64,000 nt of DNA, from IMG/VR virus record IMGVR_UViG_3300027759_003534, positions 64,001-128,000 of that record; one strand, given 5' to 3'. A program made the translations under genes and the position numbers. Each line of letters opens with the position of its first letter. Positions within the stretch are counted from its first letter, which is position 1. Below are positions 52,150-62,961 of this stretch, piece after piece. Below the pieces are notes generated by a model. It searched no databases. It had not been told where the DNA came from and saw only the letters and a list, made by a program, of their open reading frames with translations. The DNA is from a virus.

Positions 52150-52858
52150 ACGCGGTTACTTAATACCTGCAATTGGTGATGTATATGTAGGTTGCGCCAA
52201 CCGGTTAGCAGACAGCATACACCGCTTCCACCCCAACGCCAACGTAACTATTCTTACCAAGGACATGTTGCCCTATGGTGATCAAGGTGGTTACGCCAAC
52301 GACTGGCAAGTGTTTGTTGCTAGTCCCTACAGGCAAACTATTAAACTAGAAGCTGACATGATTTGTGCTAGCCCTATAGATCATTGGTGGCCGCTGTTTG
52401 AACGGCGTGATGTTGTTATTAGCCAAGGTGCTAGAACGTTTTATGATCAACCCGCGGTGTCACGCTACTACAGAAAAATATTTGATGCTAACAAGTTACC
52501 AGACGTTTACAATGCTATTACTTATTGGAGATTAAGTAACACAGCCAAAGAGTTTTTTAATTTAGTTAGACAAATATTTGAACAATGGGATAGCTATAAA
52601 CGAGTATTAAAGTTTCCAGATGATATGCCAACTACTGATGTAGTCTATGCTATTGCGGCAGTTATTATAGGTCCAGAAAACATTACATTGCCTTCTGGTC
52701 TAGGACCAACCATAGTACATATGAAACGCTACATTAACCCTACACAAAGTAACAATTGGACAAGAGAATTAGTCTGGGAAAACAATCCGTTTCGTATTAA
52801 TACAGTAGCACAGTGGGGATTGGTGCATTATCATATCAAGGAGTGGGCAAATGAGTAA
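52133..52858 (+). CDS. GT-A (GT8-like) glycosyltransferase paralogue
   Basis: SPYRQTIKLEADM, PDVYNAITYW, TTDVVYAIA; TTG start with SD AGGAG. Confidence 0.65.
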   Translation: MPITAERGYLIPAIGDVYVGCANRLADSIHRFHPNANVTILTKDMLPYGDQGGYANDWQVFVASPYRQTIKLEADMICASPIDHWWPLFERRDVVISQGARTFYDQPAVSRYYRKIFDANKLPDVYNAITYWRLSNTAKEFFNLVRQIFEQWDSYKRVLKFPDDMPTTDVVYAIAAVIIGPENITLPSGLGPTIVHMKRYINPTQSNNWTRELVWENNPFRINTVAQWGLVHYHIKEWANE

Positions 52859-53114
52859 AGACGAAGATAAATTTAAACACAGTAAAAGGCTACATAAAGA
52901 CCAGGCCACCATTGAGAAACAATTAAAGATTGCTAAAAGCCATGGCATGACTAATAAGGTTGTTGAAGAGCCACACCGTTTGGCCAAACATCATGCAATG
53001 GATTGTGGCGTTCCTCATTGTCCTATGTGTTCGAATCCAAGGCACAATAAAACAGTTAAAGATCATTTGACTATCCAAGAAAAACGCAATCTTCAAAAGG
53101 CCAAAGATGAGTGA
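52851..53114 (+). CDS. Small basic protein with CxxxxCxxC motif
   Basis: HHAMDCGVPHCPMCSNPR. Confidence 0.65.
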   Translation: MSKDEDKFKHSKRLHKDQATIEKQLKIAKSHGMTNKVVEEPHRLAKHHAMDCGVPHCPMCSNPRHNKTVKDHLTIQEKRNLQKAKDE

Positions 53115-53457
53115 TATGACTGAAGAAGAGTTTTGGTTGATCTTACATGCAACACCACAAACTAAGCAAGTATTTTATAGATTATATTACAACAAGGACG
53201 GCTCGCCTATTATCTACAGCATGGAGGACTTGCTAGGTAATTACATAGAAGTTGATCAATCGACATACGTGTTAGCGCCGTTTAATGTTAAGGTAATTGA
53301 CGGTAAACTTGTTTATATTAACCCAACGATTACTGTTAAAAAATTACAACCCACAAACTCAACCGGCACCGCATGCGACCCCCAAGATGTGTGCATAGTA
53401 GTCGATACAGATCAACCACATACAAAATGGAATATAGTAAACAATGAACTCAATTGA
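53107..53457 (+). CDS. Hypothetical protein (116 aa)
   Basis: Coupled ORF within the operon. Confidence 0.65.
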   Translation: MSDMTEEEFWLILHATPQTKQVFYRLYYNKDGSPIIYSMEDLLGNYIEVDQSTYVLAPFNVKVIDGKLVYINPTITVKKLQPTNSTGTACDPQDVCIVVDTDQPHTKWNIVNNELN

Positions 53458-54361
53458 TATAGCAGATTTAGACTGTGTATTTTTAACCTATGATGAACCC
53501 AACAAAGAAGAAACATGGGTTAAAATTAAGAATATGGTTCCTTGGGCCCGCCGTGTAGATGGAGTTAAGGGCAGTGATGCTGCACACAAGGCAGCCGCTG
53601 ATGCTAGTACTACAGATCGATTTGTGTTAATTGACGGAGACAATATTCCCGACGCTAAGTTTTTTAATCTTACCTTAGACACAAACGAGGTTTGTGTGTA
53701 TCGTTGGAGAGCCCGTAATCACATCAATGGGTTGATGTACGGTAATGGAGGCCTAAGCATATGGTCTAAGGAATTTGTATATGCTATGCGTACACACGAA
53801 GCAAGTGATGGCACTACCGAAAACGATGTAGAGTTTTGTTTTTATTCCAACTACTATGCTATGCACGATTGCTATAGTACAACATATCCAAACGGATCGG
53901 CCTTCCAGGCATGGAGGGCTGGCTTCCGCGAAGGTGTTAAGATGTGCTTAAACAAAGGTGCACGTCCTACCTTACAAGAATTTAAACAACGAGTACACCA
54001 ACGCAACTTAGATCATCTTACTATCTGGCACAACGTAGGGCGCGATGCGGATAACGGTATCTGGGCCATAGCCGGAAGTCGCATGGGCACATACATGACT
54101 ATGATTACTCCTCAGTGGGACTATCGTGCTGTACAAGATTTTATAGAGTTAGAAAAGTTATGGGACACAGTAAAGGATGACAATCCTGAAATGTTAGCAG
54201 GCCACGTAGGCGAGCCATTAGTAGAACAGCTAGATTTACCTATCAACATGATTGGCTCAGCCGAAAGCAAATTCTTTAAGCATCACTACCGCAGTAACTG
54301 GCACAACCAAGGAATAATGGTTAAAGAAATTGATGTAATAAGAAATCAGGAAGGCTGGTAA
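53444..54361 (+). CDS. GT-A (GT2-like) glycosyltransferase
   Basis: CVFLTYDEP, RVDGVKGSDAAHKAAA, FVLIDGDN (DxD), YGNGG, FQAWRAGFREGVK. Confidence 0.7.
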   Translation: MNSIDIADLDCVFLTYDEPNKEETWVKIKNMVPWARRVDGVKGSDAAHKAAADASTTDRFVLIDGDNIPDAKFFNLTLDTNEVCVYRWRARNHINGLMYGNGGLSIWSKEFVYAMRTHEASDGTTENDVEFCFYSNYYAMHDCYSTTYPNGSAFQAWRAGFREGVKMCLNKGARPTLQEFKQRVHQRNLDHLTIWHNVGRDADNGIWAIAGSRMGTYMTMITPQWDYRAVQDFIELEKLWDTVKDDNPEMLAGHVGEPLVEQLDLPINMIGSAESKFFKHHYRSNWHNQGIMVKEIDVIRNQEGW

Positions 54362-55062
54362 TGATTATTGCTTTTTATCCTGGCGCTGGCGGAAACAGGT
54401 ATTTACGCATGTTAAAAGAATTAAAATGGACTGACTCAAACACATCATATGATCGATTGGTTAGCGGTCAAGAATTCAAACACAGATATTTAACTGACGA
54501 TGTCAGCAACGGTGCTCAAGATTTTATCTTAACACATTGTTTAAATGAGCCACATATACGTTCAAAATTTCCTAACCACAACATTGTTTTTATACTTGGC
54601 AATTTTAAAAAATGTCTACAACGTGAGTGGATATTAGCTGGACATGAGAGATACATTCAAAAAAACATACAACATACCTATGACTATGATAGGATAGAGC
54701 ACTATAACGCATTTAAAGATAATTCGTGGCCAGCCTGTTTTACTATTAATGATATAGAAAATTTGCCAGTTTCTATTCTTAACGAGATTACTCAAGAGTT
54801 TAAAAAAATACAAAAAAGACAAAATGCCACTAACATGCTAGCTGACCTTGAAAACCGTATAATTGGTAAAGTGAACTCTGCATATGAAATTATATGTTGG
54901 CATAAAAATTATTATGATCAATATCCTTTGTTAATTTCAAATGAGTCTACAGTAATTGATATTAATTGTGATGAGGATATTTTTTCAAAAACAATGCAAA
55001 AAGAATTAGACTTCTACAACAGCGAAATATTTGATGAAGTGTGGAAGGAATTAAATGTCTAA
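54361..55062 (+). CDS. Hypothetical protein, possibly sulfotransferase/P-loop-like
   Basis: N-terminal FYPGAGGNRYL; internal HYNAFKDNSWP; AT-rich. Confidence 0.45.
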   Translation: MIIAFYPGAGGNRYLRMLKELKWTDSNTSYDRLVSGQEFKHRYLTDDVSNGAQDFILTHCLNEPHIRSKFPNHNIVFILGNFKKCLQREWILAGHERYIQKNIQHTYDYDRIEHYNAFKDNSWPACFTINDIENLPVSILNEITQEFKKIQKRQNATNMLADLENRIIGKVNSAYEIICWHKNYYDQYPLLISNESTVIDINCDEDIFSKTMQKELDFYNSEIFDEVWKELNV

Positions 55063-56086
55063 AGTAAACGCATTCAATGGGTTTGATAAGTTAACAGAAG
55101 TATGGTTAGGCGATGTTTATCCAACGGATTTTTATCAAGATTTTGATTCAGAAGTTCGAGATGCCTTTGAACAAATTACCGCGATGACTATTGAAGATCT
55201 TTCCAAGATACAAACAGTTTTAGAATCAAAAAATGTTAAGGTACAACGTCCTCAATTTAGTTCAAATCTTGAAAATTATCTCAACGATTCTGGAACTTTA
55301 ATAAAACCTCCAATAATGCCTAGAGACACTGAATTATCCTTGGGTAATACGTTCTATCATTTAAGATCTGATTACAAAATAGATCCTTGGCAAAAACAAA
55401 TTGATGCTATGCTAGACAATGGAGTAGACATAAAAGTTGGACCATCCGGAAATGATTTATCTTGTATACAGCCACCTAGTATAGTTCGTTGCGGCAATGA
55501 TCTTTATGTTGACATTGATTCGCATAAGCATGTGATGCCTCAAATCGCGTTAACTTTAATAGAATGGTCGAAACAGTATAGGGTTCACTTGATTTCTACA
55601 GGTGGACATAGCGATGGTGTATTCTGTCCAATTCGTGAAGGATTACTTATTACCACTCACTGGATAGACGATTACAAAAAAACATTTCCGGGATGGGAAG
55701 TATTTAAAATACCCCGGGAGCTTACTGGTATTGCTGGATCTTTACAGAATTGGTGGGTTCCGGAGATACAAATTTCGTCAAACAGTTTATTTGCAAAACA
55801 TATAGAAGAAAGAGCAATAGATTGGGTTGGAAATTATCAAGAAACGCAATTTAGTGTCAACATGCTGGTTGTTGATCATAATACAGTGATTGCCGTAAAT
55901 CAAAATCCTGTGTTGACTGAATTTTTAACCAAAAAAGGAATAGAAGTAATTATTGTTGATTTTAGATGTAAAGAATTTTGGGATGGTGGTATGCATTGCC
56001 TAACGTGTGATACTCAACGCAATGGCTTGATTAAAAATTATTTTCCAGAGCGCCCAGTTGCAAACTATTTAGATTGGATAAAATGA
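55055..56086 (+). CDS. Amidinotransferase (glycine/inosamine-phosphate amidinotransferase family)
   Basis: FDKLTEVWLG, MPRD, GHSDG (His/Asp), NMLVVD, FWDGGMHCLTCD (catalytic Cys motif). Confidence 0.85.
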   Translation: MSKVNAFNGFDKLTEVWLGDVYPTDFYQDFDSEVRDAFEQITAMTIEDLSKIQTVLESKNVKVQRPQFSSNLENYLNDSGTLIKPPIMPRDTELSLGNTFYHLRSDYKIDPWQKQIDAMLDNGVDIKVGPSGNDLSCIQPPSIVRCGNDLYVDIDSHKHVMPQIALTLIEWSKQYRVHLISTGGHSDGVFCPIREGLLITTHWIDDYKKTFPGWEVFKIPRELTGIAGSLQNWWVPEIQISSNSLFAKHIEERAIDWVGNYQETQFSVNMLVVDHNTVIAVNQNPVLTEFLTKKGIEVIIVDFRCKEFWDGGMHCLTCDTQRNGLIKNYFPERPVANYLDWIK

Positions 56087-57495
56087 ACAACAAAGGCGAC
56101 GAAAGTGTAAACAATAAAAGCAAGTTTCTCAGCGGTGCCGAGGAAATGCAAAATCTGCTTGGCCCAGCACTTTGTCTGGCCAAATGGAAACAGGTTAGTT
56201 TACATTTACCCACGGGCCTTAACAACAGTTGTTATCATCCTCCACTACACCCTATTCCCGCTGAGTTGTTGACTGATAATCCTGGTGCGCTACACAATAC
56301 TCCACACAAAAAAGAACAGCGCAAGATCATGTTACGGCAAGAACGCCCTAGCGAATGTAGTTATTGCTGGGCTATGGAGGACAATGACAAGTTAAGTGAT
56401 CGTCATTATCGCAGTGGTGAGCCATGGGCTGCCAAATACTTTGATATTATAACCAATTCAAATGGAGATGAAGATGTCATACCTAGTTATGTGGAAGTTA
56501 ACTTTAATCATGCTTGTAATTTGGCATGTAGTTACTGTAGTCCTCAATTTAGTTCAACTTGGCAACAAGAAATGGATCAGCATGGCGCTTACCCTACTAG
56601 CACTAGACACAACGATCCTAGTCATTTTGTTGGTCGCAATCGGCCTATCCCAGTTCGCGAGCATAATCCCTATGTAGAAGCTTTTTGGGCCTGGTGGCCT
56701 ACGCTTTATCCAGAACTAGAGCACTTTCGTATGACCGGTGGTGAGCCCATGTTGGACAAGAACACGTATAGAGTGTTTGATTATGTATTAGCCAACCCTA
56801 AACCCAACTTGCATTTAAACGTAACCAGTAATTTCAGTGTAGATGAAAAGACTTGGCAAAAGTATAAGGGATATGTAAAAGAATTATGCAAAGGTGAGCG
56901 GATTGAACACTTTATGCAGTTTGTTAGTCTGGACAGCTTCGGTGATCAAGCAGAATATATTAGACACGGCTTGGACTTTGATCTGCTGTGGGATCGTGTA
57001 AATCAATTCTTAACAGAGATACCTGGACGTAATTCAATTACCTTTATTGTGACTATGAATAATCTTAGTGTAACAGGATTACCGCACCTGTTTGCTGGCA
57101 TACTAGGCCTGCGTAAGTTATACAGCAAGACATATCAGCGTGTGTGGTTTGACACACCTGTGCTCAGACAACCCACATGGCAAAGCCTACAACTGCTACC
57201 AGAATCGTATGTGGATCAACTTGAACAACTTTGGGCTTGGATGATTCGTCAAATTGAAACAGAAGAAACTCGTTTCCACGGATTTAAAGACTACGAGATT
57301 GCTCGCTTGGACAGAGATATTGCCTGGATGCGTGATGGACAAAAGTTGGATCCTGCTGTGATCAATTGTAATAAAGCAGACTTCTATAGATTCTTTGCAG
57401 AAGCTGATCGCAGACACAGTACAAACTTCTTAAAAACTTTTCCAGAAATGACAGCTTGGTGGAAAGAATGCAAATATTATGCTAAACAATCATAA
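56083..57495 (+). CDS. N-terminal-Twitch radical SAM protein 1
   Basis: LCLAKW...SCYHP...CSYCW; CNLACSYC; TGGEP; ATGA-coupled at 56083. Confidence 0.9.
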   Translation: MNNKGDESVNNKSKFLSGAEEMQNLLGPALCLAKWKQVSLHLPTGLNNSCYHPPLHPIPAELLTDNPGALHNTPHKKEQRKIMLRQERPSECSYCWAMEDNDKLSDRHYRSGEPWAAKYFDIITNSNGDEDVIPSYVEVNFNHACNLACSYCSPQFSSTWQQEMDQHGAYPTSTRHNDPSHFVGRNRPIPVREHNPYVEAFWAWWPTLYPELEHFRMTGGEPMLDKNTYRVFDYVLANPKPNLHLNVTSNFSVDEKTWQKYKGYVKELCKGERIEHFMQFVSLDSFGDQAEYIRHGLDFDLLWDRVNQFLTEIPGRNSITFIVTMNNLSVTGLPHLFAGILGLRKLYSKTYQRVWFDTPVLRQPTWQSLQLLPESYVDQLEQLWAWMIRQIETEETRFHGFKDYEIARLDRDIAWMRDGQKLDPAVINCNKADFYRFFAEADRRHSTNFLKTFPEMTAWWKECKYYAKQS

Positions 57496-58618
57496 AATTG
57501 TATTAAACAATTTTTGTGAAATTGATCGTCTTATCCGCCCATTTGCCGATGACGAGTTTTACGATTTAACCAAGCACACTATAGTACCAGGCGCCATATA
57601 CATAATTGGCCGAGAGCAATTTACAACTAACCGACAGCTTATTAAACAATTAGTTGATAGCGGTACTATACGAGCAGTATTATGTAATCCTGCCGAGGGG
57701 TCTGAGTCAATGTATTGGTTATATCAGACATTAGGAATAGGCAATTTTACCAAACATGCCGCTGTTATCACTGGCGGATATTTGCCCGATGGTATTCCGC
57801 ATATGTACCATGAACATTTTCTACCGTTGATATTAGATTACGATGAAAACATAAAAGCTATAGAAGATTATAAAAACAGAAAAACAACCGACCGCCCTTA
57901 CAAATTTTTATTTTTAAATGGTAGATTGCGTGTACACCGAAAATATCTATTAGAATATTTTAGATTAACTGGGTTGTTAGACCAAAGTCTCTGGACAAAT
58001 CTAGACCATAGAAATAGTCAGCCACCAAAACTAAAATTAGAACATAACGGACAAGATCTTATCAATAGTCCATTTCCTGTACACTATCTACCAGCCCAAT
58101 ATGAGATCGACCGTTATCAACAACAAGCAGTTAAAGTGCCAACAGAGTTATCGGGCGACCTGGCTGCCAAACGATATTTGTTTAACAACGAATGGGGCGA
58201 CATTTATATTGCACCCGCGCCTTACCTAGACACTTATTTTAGTTTAGTAACCGAAACAGTATTTGATTATCCGTATACATTTAGAACAGAAAAAATTTGG
58301 AAACCTATAGCAATTGGACATCCGTGGATTGCCGCTACTAACCGTGGCTATTATAGAGATATGCACAACCTAGGATTTAAAACTTTTGGACACCTAATTG
58401 ACGAAAGTTTTGATCAAATAGAAAATGGTCAAGATAGAATTGAGCGTATAACTCAAGTAGTGGAGGATCTTTGCCGGCAGGACCTTCCAGCTTTCTTAAC
58501 AGCAGCCAAAGATGTGTGTAAATACAATCAACAATTGCTTGCGGAGTTAAGGATTAAAGTCCGCAGTGAGTTTCCTGATCGTTTCCACCAATTTATTAAT
58601 CAACAATTCAATGCATGA
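57479..58618 (+). CDS. Putative GT-B glycosyltransferase-like protein (exostosin/GT10-like)
   Basis: KFLFLNGR.R.HR, YFSLVTET, TEKIWKPIAIGHPWI, GFKTF...IDESFD. Confidence 0.5.
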   Translation: MLNNHKIVLNNFCEIDRLIRPFADDEFYDLTKHTIVPGAIYIIGREQFTTNRQLIKQLVDSGTIRAVLCNPAEGSESMYWLYQTLGIGNFTKHAAVITGGYLPDGIPHMYHEHFLPLILDYDENIKAIEDYKNRKTTDRPYKFLFLNGRLRVHRKYLLEYFRLTGLLDQSLWTNLDHRNSQPPKLKLEHNGQDLINSPFPVHYLPAQYEIDRYQQQAVKVPTELSGDLAAKRYLFNNEWGDIYIAPAPYLDTYFSLVTETVFDYPYTFRTEKIWKPIAIGHPWIAATNRGYYRDMHNLGFKTFGHLIDESFDQIENGQDRIERITQVVEDLCRQDLPAFLTAAKDVCKYNQQLLAELRIKVRSEFPDRFHQFINQQFNA

Positions 58619-59942
58619 TTTAGAATTCAAACAACAAGTGTTAGACACAAAGAGTGCCAGCTTTTGTGCAGCCAAGTGGTATAATGCTACTATATGGTTA
58701 GGTTCAGGACAGACTACAAGTTGTCATCACCCACCCGCACACAAGATTGATCTAGAAGAATTAAAAACAAATCCAAAGGCATTACACAACACGGTAGAAA
58801 AGAAAATAGATCGATTGAACATGCAGTTGGGCAATCGTCCTAAGGGGTGTGAATATTGCTGGAAGATTGAAGACATGGGCCGCGATAGTATTAGCGACCG
58901 TGTATATAAAAGTAAAATTTACCCTATAAAGGCCCTAGATGAAGCATATCAAACTCCGCATCAAGCAGATGTCAATTTACGTACACTGGAAATTGCGTTC
59001 GATCGCACTTGCCAATTTGCTTGTAGCTATTGTAACCCTGCTTTCAGTAGCACATGGGTTAAAGACATACGATCCAACGGTCCCTATGAGTCCTTGGTGT
59101 CTGATGGGCGTAACCACTTTACTCACGATCACCCTAGCAGTCAACTATACCGCGTTGGCGAAACTAATCCCTATGTTGAAGCGTTCTTTGCTTGGTGGGA
59201 AACGGATCTTCACCGGACTCTTCAAGAGCTGAGGATCACTGGTGGTGAACCCTTAATGAGTGGCGAAACCTGGAAGCTGTTGGATTGGTTTAAAACCAAT
59301 AAAGGTAAAAGCTCAACTCGGTTGGCCATCAACAGTAACTTGGGTGCAAAAGTGGATTTAGATCGTTTGCTAGACAGCATAGAAGGATTAGAAGTAGATA
59401 TCTATACTAGTCAAGAAAGCGTATACAATCAAGCTGAATACATTCGAGATGGATTAGATTATGATGCTTGGATATCCAATGTTCAAAAGTTACTAGACAG
59501 CGACTGTGTAAGAGCTGTACATTGCATGGCTACTATCAACGCATTATGCTTAGATAGTTTGACTAGCTTGCTGTATCAATTGCTAGAATTTAAACAAATG
59601 TACGGGCGTGAGCGAGTGAGTTTTACACTGAACATTTTGCGTTTTCCTAGTTTTCAAAGTCCATTGGTATTGCCTGACGACTTGCGCACACACTATAAAG
59701 ATCGATTACAAGACTTCCTGGATCGCAATCGCAACAATAAATTCATACACGAGCACGAGCTCAATCACATACAACGGTTGATTGATTATCTAGATGTGGT
59801 TAAGACCCCGCATTCGGATTCATTTGATATGCCTAAATTGTTAAATGATTTTAAACAGTTTCATACTCAATACGATCAGCGTCGTAACAAAAATTTTACC
59901 GCAACATTTCCTCAATTGGCAGACTGGTATAACACATTATGA
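58611..59942 (+). CDS. N-terminal-Twitch radical SAM protein 2 (start revised to 58611)
   Basis: FCAAKW...SCHHP...CEYCW; CQFACSYC; TGGEP. Confidence 0.9.
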   Translation: MHDLEFKQQVLDTKSASFCAAKWYNATIWLGSGQTTSCHHPPAHKIDLEELKTNPKALHNTVEKKIDRLNMQLGNRPKGCEYCWKIEDMGRDSISDRVYKSKIYPIKALDEAYQTPHQADVNLRTLEIAFDRTCQFACSYCNPAFSSTWVKDIRSNGPYESLVSDGRNHFTHDHPSSQLYRVGETNPYVEAFFAWWETDLHRTLQELRITGGEPLMSGETWKLLDWFKTNKGKSSTRLAINSNLGAKVDLDRLLDSIEGLEVDIYTSQESVYNQAEYIRDGLDYDAWISNVQKLLDSDCVRAVHCMATINALCLDSLTSLLYQLLEFKQMYGRERVSFTLNILRFPSFQSPLVLPDDLRTHYKDRLQDFLDRNRNNKFIHEHELNHIQRLIDYLDVVKTPHSDSFDMPKLLNDFKQFHTQYDQRRNKNFTATFPQLADWYNTL

Positions 59943-61630
59943 ATTTAGATGATAAAATTATTGAACTTAAAACAGCGTACAACGTAATTGACGTGGTAAA
60001 TTTGGACCAGTGGAGTAACAGTATTAATGAAGGCAAAAACTGGCTCGAGCACACCTGTCGCCGTCTGCACAAGGATCCGTACAAAAACAATGAGCGTATT
60101 GTTTTTACACACTCGGCAGATTTTTACACAGAAGATGATTTAACAACAGCTGGGATTATACTTAGAAACTTACAAGTTATTTTAAATTCAGTTGATATAT
60201 CAAACTTTTTTGTTATTGTTGTATCAACCAATAACAATATAGCAGAAGAGTGGAACATTATAAATGAACTAAGCAAAGACCCGGTGCCATTGGCAGTTGA
60301 AATTGTCGATGGAAAATTTACTCAAAACATTATAAAAGATTATTCAAAACGCCAGGAAACTTATAAATATGGGTCAGTCGATCCTGTAAAAATACGATTA
60401 GACGAGCTTACAACTCAAGAAAAATTTTTACTTACAGAAAGTAAAACCTTCTGTATCTACCCCTGGATACATCTACATGCTTATCCAACTGGGGAGGCAT
60501 ATCCTTGTTGTCATGCTGAAATGGCGTATCCGGTAGGCAATACAAAATTTAAAACCCTTGAAGAAATATATCGTGATGCGCCCATGCGTGAGCTAAGAAA
60601 GGACATGCTGGCCGAGCAACCAAACCCTGCATGCGGTCGTTGTTACGAGCAGGAGGAAGCAGGTTTCTTCAGCGGTCGCCGGAGTGCCAACAAGCACCAT
60701 GGACACCATGTCAAACGTATCGATGATGATCAGTTTCAAATGAGCTACTGGGATATTCGTTTCAGTAACTTATGCAACCTAAGTTGCCGTAGTTGTGGGC
60801 ATATATTCAGCTCTAGCTGGTATCAAGATCAGGCCAAGTTGGCTGGTGGTGATTGGAAAGATCGCAACCAAGTGTTAAACTATGCAGGCCGTACAGAGAC
60901 AGACATGTGGGAACAGTTGATTCCGCATCTGGACTATGTAGAGCAAATTTACTTTGCTGGCGGCGAACCCTTAATGATGAAGGAACACTACAACATTTTA
61001 GATGAACTGGAACGTCGTGGGCGGTTTGATGTCAGACTGATATATAATACTAACTTTACACATGTCAAGCTGAAGGATCGCACAGTATTTGATTATTGGA
61101 AACGCTTTAAAAGTGTAGCGGTAGGAGCCAGTTTAGATGCTATGGGCCCACGTGCAGAGTATATACGAAAAGGCACTGAATGGGACCAAGTAGAACGCAA
61201 TCGTGCGCAAATGCTAGAAATATGCCCCAATATAGACTTTTATATAAGCCCTACACTAAGCATAATGAATGCACTACACCTACCAGAGTTTCACCGCAAC
61301 TGGGTTGACAAAGGATTTATTAAACCGCAAGACTTGAATGTGAATATTTTGCAAGACCCAACGCATTTCAGAATAGACATAGCACCTGTTGAATATAAGC
61401 AACGTATACAAGTAGCATACGAAGAACACTTGGAATGGTTGCGCCCATTGGATTCACTACAGCGAGCAACTGTGGGGTTTGAGAGTGCTATCAACTTTTT
61501 GATGTCCACAGACAATTCTGCATTGTTACCTAAATTTTGGTCGGCGTCTGACAAATTAGATCACATTCGATCCGAAAGTTTATTAGACGTAGTTCCGGAA
61601 TTGACATTAATCGAACAATATAGACAATAA
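59939..61630 (+). CDS. N-terminal-Twitch radical SAM protein 3 with an extra ~160-aa N-domain
   Basis: FCIYPW...PCCH...CGRCY; CNLSCRSC; FAGGEP. Confidence 0.9.
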   Translation: MNLDDKIIELKTAYNVIDVVNLDQWSNSINEGKNWLEHTCRRLHKDPYKNNERIVFTHSADFYTEDDLTTAGIILRNLQVILNSVDISNFFVIVVSTNNNIAEEWNIINELSKDPVPLAVEIVDGKFTQNIIKDYSKRQETYKYGSVDPVKIRLDELTTQEKFLLTESKTFCIYPWIHLHAYPTGEAYPCCHAEMAYPVGNTKFKTLEEIYRDAPMRELRKDMLAEQPNPACGRCYEQEEAGFFSGRRSANKHHGHHVKRIDDDQFQMSYWDIRFSNLCNLSCRSCGHIFSSSWYQDQAKLAGGDWKDRNQVLNYAGRTETDMWEQLIPHLDYVEQIYFAGGEPLMMKEHYNILDELERRGRFDVRLIYNTNFTHVKLKDRTVFDYWKRFKSVAVGASLDAMGPRAEYIRKGTEWDQVERNRAQMLEICPNIDFYISPTLSIMNALHLPEFHRNWVDKGFIKPQDLNVNILQDPTHFRIDIAPVEYKQRIQVAYEEHLEWLRPLDSLQRATVGFESAINFLMSTDNSALLPKFWSASDKLDHIRSESLLDVVPELTLIEQYRQ

Positions 61631-61632
61631 TC

Positions 61633-62961
61633 ATGACTGATAAAATTATAGGCAAATACAACTGGCAAGATCGAATTCCCAGTTACATTCCGTTAGAACA
61701 GCTAACCGACATTCAACGGCATAGACTAATGGAAAGTAAAACTTTTTGCATGTTACCTTGGATACACTTACATGCATGGCCCGATGGCCGCGCTTATCCG
61801 TGTTGTTTAGGCAATGCTCGACATCCTGTGGGTAACTTTAAAGAAAAATCCATGAAGGAAATTTGGAACGACGACGCCATGCGGCAAATGCGAGTCAACA
61901 TGCTCAATGATCAGCCTTGCAAGGAATGTAGTGACTGCTACGAGCAAGAAGAGTACGGCTTCGCTAGTATGCGCAACAACAGCAACAAAAACTTTGGACA
62001 GCACGTTGCCGAAGTAGAAGATACATTGCCCGACGGTTCCACGCCAAACTTTCAATTGCACTACTGGGATGTGCGCTTTAGTAATATATGCCAGCTCAAG
62101 TGCCGTAGTTGTGGCAGTATCTTTAGCAGTCGTTGGTATGATGATGATGTCAAGTTATGGGGTAAAGAACTGCGCCCACGTGTGCAGTTTGCTGGTCGTC
62201 ATGAAAATGATGTATGGGAACAGATGCAAGAACATGTTCCGCACCTGGACCAAATATATTTTGCCGGCGGCGAACCCTTGATCATGGAAGAACATGCACG
62301 TATATTAAAGCTGCTGATAGAAAAAGGTAATACCAATGTTCGCTTGATTTACAATACCAATTTGAATGAATTGCGTTATAAACGAGAATCAGTACTGGAT
62401 CTATGGAAACATTTCCCCAATGTGTGCGTGGCTGCCAGTTTGGACGACATGGGAGCTCGTGCTGAAATCATACGGTCAGGCACAAACTGGGCTCAAGTAG
62501 AACAAAACATTAGAGATTTAAAGCGTGAGTGTCCGCATATAGACTTCATGATCAGCCCTACACTCAGCATGATGAACATCTGGAACTTTACTAGATTCCA
62601 CCGTTACATGGTTGATCAAGGATTTATACGAGCCCAAGACTTTAACTTGAACATATTACAAGGTCCCCAAGAATATCGTATAGATATGTTGCCAACTGAT
62701 ATCAAACAACAGTTCAAGCGAGAGTTTGAAGAACACATCCGTTGGTTAGAGCCGATCGACGGAATACAACGTGCCACTGGTGGATTCCGTGGAGCTATTG
62801 AGTTTATGATGGCCACTGACAACAGCCATTTGTTACAGGGATTTTGGGAAACTGTCAATGATCTGGATTGGAGCCGTAGTGAAAGTTTATTGAGTGTGGT
62901 TCCAGAGTTGGCGGCCATTGTCCAATATCGCCCCAAAGATAAAAGGATACCCCTTAAGTGA
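61633..62961 (+). CDS. N-terminal-Twitch radical SAM protein 4
   Basis: FCMLPW...PCCL...CSDCY; CQLKCRSC; FAGGEP. Confidence 0.9.
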   Translation: MTDKIIGKYNWQDRIPSYIPLEQLTDIQRHRLMESKTFCMLPWIHLHAWPDGRAYPCCLGNARHPVGNFKEKSMKEIWNDDAMRQMRVNMLNDQPCKECSDCYEQEEYGFASMRNNSNKNFGQHVAEVEDTLPDGSTPNFQLHYWDVRFSNICQLKCRSCGSIFSSRWYDDDVKLWGKELRPRVQFAGRHENDVWEQMQEHVPHLDQIYFAGGEPLIMEEHARILKLLIEKGNTNVRLIYNTNLNELRYKRESVLDLWKHFPNVCVAASLDDMGARAEIIRSGTNWAQVEQNIRDLKRECPHIDFMISPTLSMMNIWNFTRFHRYMVDQGFIRAQDFNLNILQGPQEYRIDMLPTDIKQQFKREFEEHIRWLEPIDGIQRATGGFRGAIEFMMATDNSHLLQGFWETVNDLDWSRSESLLSVVPELAAIVQYRPKDKRIPLK

